A DNA stretch of 64,000 nt from Candidatus Levyibacteriota bacterium (GCA_963790825.1 CAWBPM010000004.1:94987-158986), one strand, 5' to 3'. Positions 45,532 through 56,556 are shown, counted from the first letter of the stretch. A program made the numbers and translations. Notes: a model not told the origin generated them from the letters alone.

Positions 45532-48210
45532 ATGAATACAACTCGTCTTTTTATCGCAGAGAAAAAACAGTCATTGCCTGTCCTTATCGTTGACAAGGGA
45601 GGAAGACTTGGACATATGCAGGAAAAACTTGGACATATGCTGGCTGCAAAAATTAGCACAAGCATGATTACGGTTCTGGTATCTGAGAGCGAGCCCGTGT
45701 CCGAACAGGTAGTTTTTATTCCCTACAAAAATCGGATGCCGGCGATTCCCGACAGTTTATTCTCCCATATATTTTTATTCTACTCCGGCGACAAAGATCT
45801 GCTTGGTCTCTTGCCGTCATTTTGTAAAAAGGCCAGGGAAAGTAGGGGCAAGTGCTTTCTTCTCATTTCTATCCGTGAGGTTGATGAACAGGTTCTCTCA
45901 GCGCTTAAACACCACGAGCACCAACTTTCCGTTTTGTTTTATGGTGATTTATTCTCCGACTCTGAATTTTTCCCCGGACCCATCACTGCTATGCTGGAGC
46001 AAGCAAAAATTGAACAGCAGGTTTCGCTGAGCGGCGAAGGACTCTCGCTTTGGTACCCGGTTGAAATATCGGATTTTCTTGATATTGTTATAAGTATTGG
46101 TTTCGGCAATCAGACTACAGATCACGAGCTCTGCCTATTCCCCAGACATGCTTATACAGAACTCTCCCTCTTCCGTTTATTGCTGCAAAAAAATCCGCTG
46201 CTAAAAGTCCGTTTCCAAAAAGAGAAAAATACAACGCATTCGGCTTTTATTCCTCCGACGGGACAATATCTGTTGCCCGCGTCTTACCAGGTAGAGAAAA
46301 AATTAGTGAAGACTTTTTCTTTACTTTCCGAAACCGCAAAAGCAAAAAAGAATATATTGAGGGGAAGAGATAAAAGGTGGAAAAACCCCGGGACATTTAT
46401 TTTTGTTTGTTTTCTGGCGTTTCTTTGTCTCCCCTTTTTATTAAGTGTCATATTCGGATTCTTTGGCATCTTCCTTTTGCAAGCTGCAGAGCGGCAAAGT
46501 GTTAATATTAACGCCTCCGAAGAGCTTATTCAGGCTTCCCAGATATTTTTTGCTATTTCCGACCAGGCAAAAAAAATTGATTTGCTTGGGAACTTTGTGC
46601 CGATTTCTCAGTCCGGCAGGTTGTCGGAATTGTCCAGTGCTGGTCGGGAAATCGCGAGCATACTCGATGATGAAGTCCAAATAAAAATACTTTTGGCAGG
46701 GATAGCCACCGGTACGAACAGTAATCCGATTACCGATTCCGAAGGAGTACTTGGATTAATCCGTCACGGCCTACTTACAGGGCGCAGTTTGCTGCTTGAA
46801 GGGGTTTTGCCAAATGCACTTAGTGAGAAAGTAGAAGGAATTGATAGGTCTCTAAGTCCGGCAATGGGAATTGCCGACTCTCTGCCTAATCTTCTGGGTT
46901 TTCAAGGAGAGAAAAAATACTTGGTACTATTCCAAAACAACATGGAACTTCGTCCGGGCGGAGGGTTTATCGGTTCCTACGCAATTTTAGAGGTAAAAAA
47001 TGGCAAAGTGATAAGCCTCAAAGTTTATGATGTGTATAGTGCTGATGGACAATTGAAGGGACACATAGAGCCGCCATTTGCGCTTCGTAGGTATGTGGGA
47101 GTTAAACACTGGTTTCTTAGGGATAGTAATTTTTCTGTTGATTTTCCCGAAGATGCGAAAGACGCGGCGAGTTTCCTGTCTTTGGAAACCGGTGAAAAAG
47201 TTGACGGTGTCATCGCGATAGACACATCATTTCTGCGTTCTCTACTTGTGTTAACCGGGCCAATAACTTTACCCGACTATCACGCGACCATTACTCCCGA
47301 TAATTTTTTCCTACTCACCGAGGAGCACTCGGAGCAAAATTTCTTCCCGGGTTCAACCCAAAAAACAGATTTTCTGCACGCATTCTATACCGCACTGCTT
47401 TTGCGTTTTTCAAGCGCGCTCTCCATGCAGGAAACAATAAAAACAATAGTTAGTCAAGCCGAACAAAAACACCTAATGTTTGTTTCAGCCGACACAGGAA
47501 TAGAGCAATTGTTTACAGTGAATGATTTTTCAGGTTCCCTCTGGGACAATAGGATAAATGACGGCAAAAACATTAATGATTTTCTTGCCGTAATTGATGC
47601 AAATGTCGGACTGAATAAAGCAAATTATTATGTGCATCGTTCTATTACGCAAAATATTACTATTGATAAGAAGCTAAATACGTCCGGACAAGCAAGTGTG
47701 ACCTGGAAAAACACCAGCACAAATACAAGTGAGTTCGGGGGAGATTATAAAAACTATGTGCGCTTTGTTTTACCCGTGGGAACACAAATTACCAAGATTG
47801 AAGTTGACGGACAGGAGAGAAAAACAACCCCTGCGATTACCGATTCTGCGGTTTATGAAAGTAAAACATTTACCCCGCCTCAAGAACTTGAGATTGAGCA
47901 GACCTCAGATGGAGGGAAAAGCGTTTTTGCTTTTTTAGTTGTTGTGCCGGTTGGACAGACCAGGAAGGTGAGTGTTTTTTATAATTTACCTCCTTTTGTA
48001 TCCCAAGATTCGCAGGACTTCTTGTATAACCTGACTGTTTATAAACAGCCCGGAGAAGAGACTGAGCAGTACAGTTTATCGTTTACGTATCCTGATTTTT
48101 TGCAAATTGTGAATAAAAGCCCAGGTTTTATGCCAAGCGGGAATGGAGAGAGTTTTCTTTCCGAACTGGATACAGATCAGAATGTTCAGATTATGCTGTC
48201 AAGAAAATAG
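45532..48210 (+). CDS. Large membrane-anchored hypothetical protein (DUF4012-like GGGFIGSYA motif)
   Basis: 892 aa with a single TM helix near residue 290 (FIFVCFLAFLCLPFLLSVIFGFFGIFLL) and ELRPGGGFIGSYAILEV in the extracytoplasmic part. Family assignment is tentative. Confidence 0.5.
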   Translation: MNTTRLFIAEKKQSLPVLIVDKGGRLGHMQEKLGHMLAAKISTSMITVLVSESEPVSEQVVFIPYKNRMPAIPDSLFSHIFLFYSGDKDLLGLLPSFCKKARESRGKCFLLISIREVDEQVLSALKHHEHQLSVLFYGDLFSDSEFFPGPITAMLEQAKIEQQVSLSGEGLSLWYPVEISDFLDIVISIGFGNQTTDHELCLFPRHAYTELSLFRLLLQKNPLLKVRFQKEKNTTHSAFIPPTGQYLLPASYQVEKKLVKTFSLLSETAKAKKNILRGRDKRWKNPGTFIFVCFLAFLCLPFLLSVIFGFFGIFLLQAAERQSVNINASEELIQASQIFFAISDQAKKIDLLGNFVPISQSGRLSELSSAGREIASILDDEVQIKILLAGIATGTNSNPITDSEGVLGLIRHGLLTGRSLLLEGVLPNALSEKVEGIDRSLSPAMGIADSLPNLLGFQGEKKYLVLFQNNMELRPGGGFIGSYAILEVKNGKVISLKVYDVYSADGQLKGHIEPPFALRRYVGVKHWFLRDSNFSVDFPEDAKDAASFLSLETGEKVDGVIAIDTSFLRSLLVLTGPITLPDYHATITPDNFFLLTEEHSEQNFFPGSTQKTDFLHAFYTALLLRFSSALSMQETIKTIVSQAEQKHLMFVSADTGIEQLFTVNDFSGSLWDNRINDGKNINDFLAVIDANVGLNKANYYVHRSITQNITIDKKLNTSGQASVTWKNTSTNTSEFGGDYKNYVRFVLPVGTQITKIEVDGQERKTTPAITDSAVYESKTFTPPQELEIEQTSDGGKSVFAFLVVVPVGQTRKVSVFYNLPPFVSQDSQDFLYNLTVYKQPGEETEQYSLSFTYPDFLQIVNKSPGFMPSGNGESFLSELDTDQNVQIMLSRK

Positions 48211-48266
48211 AAGGTGTAAATTGATAAACAGTCGGAAAGTTAACAGGGCGGCGGGGCCAGAAAAAT

Positions 48267-49181
48267 ATGGGCATTTTTACAATAATACTGATTGTTGTCG
48301 GGCTAAGTTTATTTGAGGTAGCTTCAAGTGTTGATAATGCAATTATTAATGCCGAAGTCCTTTCAACGCTTGGTAAAAAAGCAAAAAGGTGGTTTCTCAC
48401 CTGGGGGCTTTTAGTGTCGGTGTTTGTTGTGCGCGGGCTATTGCCTTGGGGTATTGTCTGGATTACTATGCCGCGTTTGGGGCCAATAGGTGCTTTCACA
48501 GCCTCTTTTAGCAGCGACCCTAAGGTATATAGAGCTGTTGCGGATGCCTCCCCGATTCTTTTAATTGCTGGTGGAACATTCTTACTGTTTTTGTTTATTC
48601 GTTGGTTATTTTTAGAGGAAAAATCATATGGACTTTGGGGCGAACGCTTCTTTTATGAGCGGGGAGTTTGGTTTTTTGCTATTGTGTCGGCTATTTTATC
48701 ACTTCTAGTTTTTCTTTCTCTCCACATCAATCCTCCTATGGCTTTTGGGGCAGTGATAGGATCAACCTGTTTCTTTCTTGTGCATGGGTTTCAAGAGAAT
48801 GCTGAAAAAGAGGAGCGGGAGCTTATCCATAAGGGAGATATCTCAGACACGAGCAAGCTGTTTTACTTAACAATTATCGACGCTACGTTTTCCCTGGACG
48901 GAGTGCTTGGCGCATTCGCTTTTACCCTTTCAATACCGCTAATCTTAATCGGAAGCGGACTAGGAGCAGTGGTTGTCAGACAACTAACGGTAAGTAATAT
49001 GACTAAAGTTAAAAAATATATTTTCTTAAAAAACGGAGCAATGTATTCAATCTTCTTTTTATCGCTCATTATGATCCTAAATAGTTTTGCTTTTCACATC
49101 CCCAGTTTTATTTCGCCGGTTATGACGCTTCTGATCGTCGGCAGTTTCTTCTATAAATCAACCCAGTCAAAACCAGACTAA
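48267..49181 (+). CDS. TerC/DUF475-family integral membrane protein
   Basis: N-terminal LSLFEVASSVDNAIINAEVL (TerC-type SxDNA motif) and about 8 TM helices. Confidence 0.5.
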   Translation: MGIFTIILIVVGLSLFEVASSVDNAIINAEVLSTLGKKAKRWFLTWGLLVSVFVVRGLLPWGIVWITMPRLGPIGAFTASFSSDPKVYRAVADASPILLIAGGTFLLFLFIRWLFLEEKSYGLWGERFFYERGVWFFAIVSAILSLLVFLSLHINPPMAFGAVIGSTCFFLVHGFQENAEKEERELIHKGDISDTSKLFYLTIIDATFSLDGVLGAFAFTLSIPLILIGSGLGAVVVRQLTVSNMTKVKKYIFLKNGAMYSIFFLSLIMILNSFAFHIPSFISPVMTLLIVGSFFYKSTQSKPD

Positions 49182-49232
49182 ATTACTTTTGGAAATTATG
49201 AAATTGAAATGAGAAAGGACGGAGCTTGCATC

Positions 49233-50414
49233 TCATGATGTTTTTGCTCTCTCTAATGCCTCGATCCCGGGGAGTGTGCCGTTTTCAATAAACTCGAGCA
49301 TCGCGCCTCCACCGGTTGAAATATGGGAAATCTTTTCCAAATATTCCTTCTTGGAAATGGCAGCGAGTGTTTCTCCGCCTCCTATGACCGAAAAAGCCTG
49401 AGTATTTTGGCTGATTGCATAATAAATAAAATCAGTCCCCCTTCTGAAAGCCGGATTTTCAAAGTAGCCGACAGGACCATTCCAGACAATAGTCTTCGCC
49501 TCTAAAATTACTGATTCAAAATGCGCCTGAGTATCCGGACCAATATCTAAAATTATTGCCTCCGGTGGGATGCTTCGGATACTAACGACATTACCCGTAT
49601 CAGCGGTTTCTGAGTCAGCTACAATAACATCGGTTGGCAGCAGGATATCTGTATTGTTGTCGCGTGCTATTTGCAAGAGACGCTTCGCTTCATCCAGCTC
49701 GGTTTCCTCACAGAGGCTTTTCCCAACCCGAATCTCCTGAGCAAGCAAAAACGTATTTGCCAATCCGCCGCCCAAAATAACGCAATCTGCTAGCGTTGTT
49801 AATTTACTAATTAGTTTTATTTTTGTTGAAATCTTACTTCCGCCAAGAATTGCGACAAACGGCTTTTCCGGATTATTGGTCAAACGAGAAAGAGAGCTAA
49901 CCTCTTTTTTTAGAAGTAATCCGCCGTAAGAGGGGAGAAATGACGTTACTCCGACAATTGATGCTGCGATTCGATGGGAAACACTGAACGCATCGTTAAC
50001 ATAGATGTCGGCAAGGAGGGCTAACTCATGGGAAAAGTCAGGATCATTTTCTTCTTCTCCCGGATAGAAGCGGATGTTTTCCAGAAGTAAAATTTGAGAC
50101 GCTTGTTGAGTAAGAAAAATATCTTTTTGGGTTAAAAAGTCATCTACGAGAACCACGCTATTTCGGGGAAGAAGGGACGCAAGATCTGCCGCTACTTTAC
50201 GAAGCGAAAACTCAGGATCGCGTTTCTCCGGTCTGCCCAGATGCGACACTATAATCAGCTGGTTGTTATTTTTTGATAAATAGGTAATTGTCGGAATAGT
50301 TTGCCGAATTCGTTCGTCGTTGGCAATGGAATGGTCGGGATTTAAAGAGACATTAAAATCAACCCGCAATAATACTCGTTTATTTTGTATGTCTAACTCA
50401 TCAATATATTTCAT
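49233..50414 (-). CDS. pgk: Phosphoglycerate kinase
   Basis: KRVLLRVDFNVS, HLGRPEK and the C-terminal GGGA...FIENGTLPG motifs. Confidence 0.85.
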   Translation of the reverse strand: MKYIDELDIQNKRVLLRVDFNVSLNPDHSIANDERIRQTIPTITYLSKNNNQLIIVSHLGRPEKRDPEFSLRKVAADLASLLPRNSVVLVDDFLTQKDIFLTQQASQILLLENIRFYPGEEENDPDFSHELALLADIYVNDAFSVSHRIAASIVGVTSFLPSYGGLLLKKEVSSLSRLTNNPEKPFVAILGGSKISTKIKLISKLTTLADCVILGGGLANTFLLAQEIRVGKSLCEETELDEAKRLLQIARDNNTDILLPTDVIVADSETADTGNVVSIRSIPPEAIILDIGPDTQAHFESVILEAKTIVWNGPVGYFENPAFRRGTDFIYYAISQNTQAFSVIGGGETLAAISKKEYLEKISHISTGGGAMLEFIENGTLPGIEALERAKTS

Positions 50415-51735
50415 GATGCAATGTATATTTCTCTACAATTTCTCGGGTTTGGAAAACACGTAGGGCTTCAAAGATAAATAAAAGTTCCGTCTCGAGAGCT
50501 TTTAAAATCGGCTGTTTTTCTGCGCCTGAGAGATGGCAAAGATTTTCCCTGAAAGGACCAAGGGATTTTTTGCGCAGTTTATAAAAAAATTGCCTATTAT
50601 TCCATTCAGGCTTCCTCTCGCTCTGGCAATTTGCCGTGACCCAACTGTCCATTTCGGACAGAAGCGCTTTTGGTAGATTGTCAAAGATGATATTTTGAAA
50701 TCCGGTTGAAAGGTGAATCTCAAGTGTTCCGGCGTCAGGAAACTTAGGGAAAAGGTTTTTGGGTAGCGTCGAGGCGCCGTGTTGTACAACTCCTGCCATA
50801 TGATATTTGTCTCGTGCCAATTTTCCGATACTCTCAAGTAGTGGAAAATCAAGCGTTACTTCTTTAAGCGATCCGTCAGGCAGGGGAATGCCGCCATGGC
50901 TGCTGCCGGTTTGCACGCTGACTTTATTTATTCCTCTATTTTGTACTTGCCGTAGGTATTCTTCCATAAACGTAGTAAAGTCGGAAGAAGTGCTGTTTTT
51001 GTCGCCAATATGCCCAATCTCTCCTCCAATAGACACACTGATTCCCTGCGGTTGGTTCTCCTGGATAAAATTAGTCAGAGACGCAGTAACATAACTATTA
51101 TCTCTTTGCTGCTCGGGAATACTTGGCTTTCTTATATCAACGAGGGTTGAGCCGTCAATATCGACATTATAAAACTGAGCCGCAAGTGAATCGGCAGTAA
51201 GACTTCTAAGTTTCCCCATCTCCCCGTCCGGATTCGCATGATACTCCAAAGCATTTACCTGGTAATGATCACATTGGAGAAATACCGGCCCCACCCAGTC
51301 TTCTTTTATCGCGGCAGCCAGTATGCAAGTTGCGAAATCATCAGGGGTCTGAGAAGTATATTGCTGTTCGGAGCGAGCGATTTCAAAAATAAAAGCACCG
51401 ATATTATTTTTCTTTGCAAGCTGAAAAATCAAGCGGCCAAAATCGTAGGTCAGAGTTCGAATATTGATAGCAGGTACGGTAAAACCATGAACTTTCCCTT
51501 CGCCAATTGCCCGATAAAATTCATATGTAGAGGAGGGAAGAATACCAAGTGTTTCCGAGAGTTTACGAATAATCCATCTGGATTTTTTTTGTAAATCGCC
51601 ACTGGAAAAAATTGCAACATCAGCCAGTTTATCAATTGCCTCTTCTCGAAGTTTTAAGGAATCAACAATTTGAATGCTATTTTCCTCAAGGGTAAAAATA
51701 GATGAAAATTGAGATAGAAGATCGCTCGTATACAT
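50401..51735 (-). CDS. Class II fructose/ketose-bisphosphate aldolase family protein (long form)
   Basis: GFTVPAINIRTLTYDFGRLIFQLAKKNNIGAFIFEIARSEQQY and LQCDHYQV (metal-binding His region) resemble class II aldolases. 444 aa is longer than typical FbaA. Confidence 0.6.
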   Translation of the reverse strand: MYTSDLLSQFSSIFTLEENSIQIVDSLKLREEAIDKLADVAIFSSGDLQKKSRWIIRKLSETLGILPSSTYEFYRAIGEGKVHGFTVPAINIRTLTYDFGRLIFQLAKKNNIGAFIFEIARSEQQYTSQTPDDFATCILAAAIKEDWVGPVFLQCDHYQVNALEYHANPDGEMGKLRSLTADSLAAQFYNVDIDGSTLVDIRKPSIPEQQRDNSYVTASLTNFIQENQPQGISVSIGGEIGHIGDKNSTSSDFTTFMEEYLRQVQNRGINKVSVQTGSSHGGIPLPDGSLKEVTLDFPLLESIGKLARDKYHMAGVVQHGASTLPKNLFPKFPDAGTLEIHLSTGFQNIIFDNLPKALLSEMDSWVTANCQSERKPEWNNRQFFYKLRKKSLGPFRENLCHLSGAEKQPILKALETELLFIFEALRVFQTREIVEKYTLHHEIY

Positions 51736-51820
51736 AAACTGCGCTGTTTACTCAAGTAGTATAGCATACAAAGCAATGGTGATGGGTATTTGAATTAAAC
51801 TCCGGATTTTCATACTCATG

Positions 51821-51851
51821 TTTCCCGAACATGTCCCGATTTATTCCCGAA
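51821..51851. promoter_or_regulatory. 30-bp motif TTCCCGAA-N4-TCCCGATTTATTCCCGAA in the fba/valS divergent intergenic region; second copy at about 54276-54305
   Basis: The two copies match at 26/30 positions. Confidence 0.35.
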
Positions 51852-51955
51852 TTGCTGAAACCATGAGGCTATGTTACAATCCCTATATCAAGCTTTTTTG
51901 CTCCCGAGAGGTCTACGTTCTCGCGTCGCAAGAGCCTATGCAGGACAGGTAGCTT

Positions 51956-54082
51956 ATGGAAACAAAAAACAATCATCAGGAAATGGAGAAAAAATGGTAT
52001 GATTTTTGGGAGAAAAATGATTATTTCAAAGCAGATCCAAATTCTTCAAAAAAGCCTTACTCACTTTTGATGCCGCCGCCTAATCTAACGGGATCGCCGC
52101 ATCTGGGACATACAATGCAACACGCAATCCTTGACGCAATCGCCCGGTATAAAAGAATGCAGGGATTTGACGTATTGCTACTTCCGGGCGTTGACCATGC
52201 GGGTATCCAATTTGAAGGGACACTGACAAAACTTTTAGAAAAAGAAGGGTTGAGTAAAAGAAAGTTGGGTAGGGAAGCGTGGATGGAAAGAGCCTGGAAA
52301 TTTAAAAAAGAAAATTATATTGCATATCACGACACATGGAAAACTATTGGTATCTCGGCAGATTGGTCAAGGGAAGTATTTACACTTGATCCCCAAATAC
52401 AACGAGCCGTTCTGACAGAATTTAAATTATTTTGGGAGCAGGATTTGCTATATAAAGGAGCATATATTGTTCAGTGGTGTCCAAAGTGCGGTACGGCGAT
52501 TGAAGACGTGGAAATGGAGTACCAGGAAAAGAAAGAAAAACTTTATTATCTCAAATATGGTCCCTTAGTACTGGCTACAACACGTCCAGAAACAAAATTT
52601 GGCGATACTGCGATGGCAGTGAACCCAAACGATAAACGTTATCAACACTTAGTTGGTAAAGAGTTTGAAATAGAGACTCTCACCGGTAAAAAAATGATGA
52701 AGGTTATCGCAGACGATGCAATTGACCCTAATTTTGGAACTGGGGCAGAAAAAGTGACACCGGGACATGACGTGCTCGATTATGAAATTGGCAAGAGACA
52801 CAATTTACCAATTATCCAGGTGATTGATAAACAAGGACGTTTGACAGAGGCGGCTGGGAAATATGCAGGAATGAAAACTGCAGACGCACGACTTGCCATG
52901 CTGCCTGAGCTTCGCGAAAAAGGAATTTTGCTGAAAGAAGAAGATTATGTACACGCAGTACCGGTCTGCGAAAGGTGTAAGACGGTTGTTGAGCCAATTA
53001 TTTCAGAAGAGTGGTTTGTCAAAATGAAGCCATTAGCGGAAAAGGCCTTAGGAATCCTTAATAATATTAATTTTGTACCAAAGAATTATGAGAAAATCAT
53101 TTCCGACTGGCTTGAGAAAATACATGACTGGTCTATTTCGCGCAGTCAGTGGTGGGGGCACCGGATTCCGGTTTGGTATTGTCAAAAAAGTAATCCCGGT
53201 CATTTGGTTGGGAAAAACAAAGATTTACTTATTTCGCTTGAAAAACCAACAACTAAATGTAAAACCTGTGGAGTTGCAGAGTGGGAACAGGATGAACAAG
53301 TCCTTGACACATGGTTTTCAAGCGGTATGTGGCCGCTCTCCGTGCTTGGTTGGCCGGAGAAAACAATCGAATTGAAACGTTATTTTCCTTGGGATTTTGA
53401 AATCTCTGCACCCGAAATCAAATACTTGTGGATCAGTAGGATGATCATGTTAAGTTTACATTTTCAGGGTGAAATCCCCTTTAAAAATATGTTCTTCCAT
53501 GGGATGATTAGAGATCTACAAGGGAGAAAGTTTTCCAAATCTTTGGGAAACGGAATAGATCCTAATGCGCTCCAGATGGAGTGGGGAACAGACGCCCTGC
53601 GAATGGCCCTGTATAGCTATTCTGCGCCAGGAAGAGATGGCAAAGCGTCCCATCAAACAATGGATGCACGGTGTAAAAACTTCCGTAATTTCGCAACCAA
53701 ACTAAAAAACATTACCCGTTTTATTGTTGATTTAAAACCTGCAGACAATGCCGAAAAAACGGATCTTTCGCATCCCGATGATATTGCAATACGAAAAAGG
53801 ATGCGGGAAATTGTAAAAGAAGTAACAAGACAAATAGACACCTTTAATTTTCACTTAGCAACAGAGCTATTGTATAATTTCATCTGGCATGAATTTGCAG
53901 ATATGTATATTGAAAAAATAAAGACTCGACGCATTGAAGCGCAGCCCGTACTGGAAGAGTTACTTACAATTTGTCTACAATTACTTCATCCTTTTATGCC
54001 GTTTACCTCCGAAGAACTTTACCAAAAACTTCCCAAGCATAAGGACTCTATTATGGAAGAAGCTTGGCCTGCTTTATTTTGA
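51956..54082 (+). CDS. valS: Valine--tRNA ligase (compact form)
   Basis: HIGH region PPPNLTGSPHLGH (ValRS-type PPPN-TG), KMSKS region KFSKSLGN, editing-domain remnants. Confidence 0.75.
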   Translation: METKNNHQEMEKKWYDFWEKNDYFKADPNSSKKPYSLLMPPPNLTGSPHLGHTMQHAILDAIARYKRMQGFDVLLLPGVDHAGIQFEGTLTKLLEKEGLSKRKLGREAWMERAWKFKKENYIAYHDTWKTIGISADWSREVFTLDPQIQRAVLTEFKLFWEQDLLYKGAYIVQWCPKCGTAIEDVEMEYQEKKEKLYYLKYGPLVLATTRPETKFGDTAMAVNPNDKRYQHLVGKEFEIETLTGKKMMKVIADDAIDPNFGTGAEKVTPGHDVLDYEIGKRHNLPIIQVIDKQGRLTEAAGKYAGMKTADARLAMLPELREKGILLKEEDYVHAVPVCERCKTVVEPIISEEWFVKMKPLAEKALGILNNINFVPKNYEKIISDWLEKIHDWSISRSQWWGHRIPVWYCQKSNPGHLVGKNKDLLISLEKPTTKCKTCGVAEWEQDEQVLDTWFSSGMWPLSVLGWPEKTIELKRYFPWDFEISAPEIKYLWISRMIMLSLHFQGEIPFKNMFFHGMIRDLQGRKFSKSLGNGIDPNALQMEWGTDALRMALYSYSAPGRDGKASHQTMDARCKNFRNFATKLKNITRFIVDLKPADNAEKTDLSHPDDIAIRKRMREIVKEVTRQIDTFNFHLATELLYNFIWHEFADMYIEKIKTRRIEAQPVLEELLTICLQLLHPFMPFTSEELYQKLPKHKDSIMEEAWPALF

Positions 54083-54167
54083 GATTAATTAAATACTTAC
54101 GAAAAACTTGCGGAAAATGTCCGGGAAAGTGTTATAATAAAAGAGATATATAAAATATCTGTCCAAC

Positions 54168-54683
54168 ATGAAACAGTCAGCATTTACTAAGGCACAAAAA
54201 AGATGTTTTTATAAATACATCAATCGTCCTGAGGCTACAGCAAGGGTAAAAAAACTCTTGCACCCATCATTACAATTCCCGAATATATCCCGATTTATTC
54301 CCGAAAGAGCTGCGCTTTCCGCATTATCAGCCATAAAGATTTTTACAATAAATTTTCTTTGCGGGTTTTTGATCATGGCAATTTCTCTCCAGATCTATCA
54401 AGTAGCTCAGCAGATGCAGCAGGTTAAACAAATACAACAATACAGAGAACACATACAAAGTGAAATTGGCTATTGGCAGAAAATTACCAATTCCTATCAG
54501 GGTTACCGGGATGGCTATAAAGAACTTTCTTATCTGGAACAACAAATCGGAGATATAAAGCAAGCAGCTCTTTACCAACAAAAAGTATTGCTATTAGATC
54601 CCGGTTATCGGGAAACAAGTCCTATTCCGGCAGGAGAATCATCTCAGGAAAAACTTACTCGGACTTTGCAGGCTGTTCCGTAG
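54168..54683 (+). CDS. Hypothetical protein (one TM helix, Gln-rich), doubtful
   Basis: ORF track only. Overlaps the rplY 3' end by 29 nt and contains one copy of a 30-bp motif also found upstream of valS, so it may be non-coding. Confidence 0.3.
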   Translation: MKQSAFTKAQKRCFYKYINRPEATARVKKLLHPSLQFPNISRFIPERAALSALSAIKIFTINFLCGFLIMAISLQIYQVAQQMQQVKQIQQYREHIQSEIGYWQKITNSYQGYRDGYKELSYLEQQIGDIKQAALYQQKVLLLDPGYRETSPIPAGESSQEKLTRTLQAVP

Positions 54684-55326
54684 CGGGAGCCTCTGTGGGC
54701 GCGGTCTCTTCGGCTGCTTCTCCTTCTGTTGCTTCGGCTGCTGCTACTTCAGGTTCTGGCTCGGGTTCCGGCGCGGTAAGCTCTGATATCTTAACGACCG
54801 TCTGAGACGGATCGGTGAGAATGGTGACACCGGACGGAACGGATAATTGTTCGACGGTAATGTGCTCGTCAAGCGAAGCGAGGTTTTCAACGTTAACATC
54901 AATCTGGTCTGGAAGTTCTTCGGGAAGCGCTTCAACCTCAACTTCTGAAAGCGTTTGCAGTACCAGACCAACCTTGTCTGTCACTGCCTTTGCTTCGCCT
55001 GTGACAATCAAGGGAATCATTGCCTTAATTTTTTCTTTAAGATTTACCTGATAAAAATCAGCATGAAGCGGTGTGTGCGACCGTACGTCCATTTGTAAAT
55101 TTTTAATCAACACCGGGCGAAGCGTCCCTTCTGCCTCAACATCAATAATGCCAGTTTCTCCGACCTCTTTAAAAATCTTGCGAAATTCATCCAGTTTTAC
55201 TTGAACTGGGGTGGAAGCAATATTATTTCCGTAGATATTTGCAGGCATAAAACCATCTCTGCGCAATCTTTTTACTTTTTTACCGAGTATTTCTCGTGTT
55301 AAGACAATAAGTTTAGGATGTTTCAT
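54655..55326 (-). CDS. rplY: 50S ribosomal protein L25/general stress protein Ctc with acidic Ala/Glu/Pro-rich C-terminal tail
   Basis: MKHPKLIVLTREILGKKVKRLRRDGFMPANIYG (L25 signature). Track ORF trimmed to this Met. Confidence 0.75.
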   Translation of the reverse strand: MKHPKLIVLTREILGKKVKRLRRDGFMPANIYGNNIASTPVQVKLDEFRKIFKEVGETGIIDVEAEGTLRPVLIKNLQMDVRSHTPLHADFYQVNLKEKIKAMIPLIVTGEAKAVTDKVGLVLQTLSEVEVEALPEELPDQIDVNVENLASLDEHITVEQLSVPSGVTILTDPSQTVVKISELTAPEPEPEPEVAAAEATEGEAAEETAPTEAPATEQPAKSE

Positions 55327-55411
55327 AAGTGCCTTGTATTGTAGTATAGATCCGGCTAAATTACAAGCTAAAGAAGTTAATAGGGGAGTATAATGGAGTA
55401 TAATAAGGTAT

Positions 55412-55900
55412 ATGCGAATTATAGGGATTGATCCGGGAATCGCAAGGACAGGAATAGGCATTATTGATGAAGAGAAGGGAAAAATCTCAGCCCTGCACTT
55501 TACTTGTTTGGAGACGCTTCAGGCTACGTCTCTACCAAACCGACTGCAAGAGATTTTTACTCAAACAACTGAAATACTAAAAACATATCGGCCGGATGTA
55601 TTGGCGATTGAAGAGCTATTTTTCAATACCAATGCCAAAACAGCTTTTATTGTCGGACAGGCTCGAGGTGTTATTTTATTAACTGCGGCAGAAAAAAATA
55701 TTCCGGTTGCTACATATACCCCGCTTCAGGTAAAAATCGCGGTTACCGGCTATGGAAGGGCTGAAAAAAAACAAGTGGGACAAATGGTACAAACAATCTT
55801 ACATCTGTCCTCTTTACCGAAGTTGGATGACACGACAGATGCATTGGCTGTTGCGCTTACTCACGCATTTTCTTATAGGATGTCATCTTCTCTTCGTTAA
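55412..55900 (+). CDS. ruvC: Holliday junction resolvase RuvC
   Basis: MRIIGIDPGIARTGIGIID (catalytic Asp context) and 162 aa length. Confidence 0.85.
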   Translation: MRIIGIDPGIARTGIGIIDEEKGKISALHFTCLETLQATSLPNRLQEIFTQTTEILKTYRPDVLAIEELFFNTNAKTAFIVGQARGVILLTAAEKNIPVATYTPLQVKIAVTGYGRAEKKQVGQMVQTILHLSSLPKLDDTTDALAVALTHAFSYRMSSSLR

Positions 55901-55979
55901 TCCCCGTTAATTGAGATTAAACTGATTTATATTATTTTTTAGAAAACATCCTATGCTATAATCTGAATACTTCTCGTCT

Positions 55980-56552
55980 ATGATTGGCATGCTTAAAGGC
56001 AGAATTGAACTGCGACAGGATCCCTATATTATTTTGGATGTAAACGGTGTTGGGTATAAGGTGTTGGTTTCGCAAAACGTACTTGCAAATTTGCCGGAAA
56101 AAGAAAAAGAACTAAAGCTCTATATTTATACCCATGTTCGCGAGGACTTGCTGGAGCTGTATGGCTTTACAGACTATTTGGATCTTAAGTTATTTGAGCA
56201 ATTAATTGGAGTATCGGGAATAGGCTGTAAGTCGGCAATCGGTGTTTTCTCTGTAGGAAGTAGGCTAGAAATTATCCAGGCAGTTCTTCAGGCTAATGTG
56301 GCGTTTTTCACCAGTGTGTCACGTCTTGGTAAGAAAAATGCCCAAAAAATTATTATTGAGCTGAAAAGCAAATTGGGCGACACCACAGAAGTGGATTTAT
56401 CAGATAACACAGATGAAACTGAAGCAGTAGCTGCTCTGCGAAGCTTTGGTTTTACAACTAAGGAGGCTGCAGGTGCGCTCAGGGCTGTTCATGCAGACAA
56501 CCAAACAACAGCGGAAAAAGTCCGTCTGGCTTTAAAATATTTAGGAAAATAA
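55980..56552 (+). CDS. ruvA: Holliday junction branch migration protein RuvA
   Basis: [28 protein letters not shown] (OB fold) and HhH motifs [13 protein letters not shown]. Confidence 0.85.
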   Translation: MIGMLKGRIELRQDPYIILDVNGVGYKVLVSQNVLANLPEKEKELKLYIYTHVREDLLELYGFTDYLDLKLFEQLIGVSGIGCKSAIGVFSVGSRLEIIQAVLQANVAFFTSVSRLGKKNAQKIIIELKSKLGDTTEVDLSDNTDETEAVAALRSFGFTTKEAAGALRAVHADNQTTAEKVRLALKYLGK

Positions 56553-56556
56553 CGAG

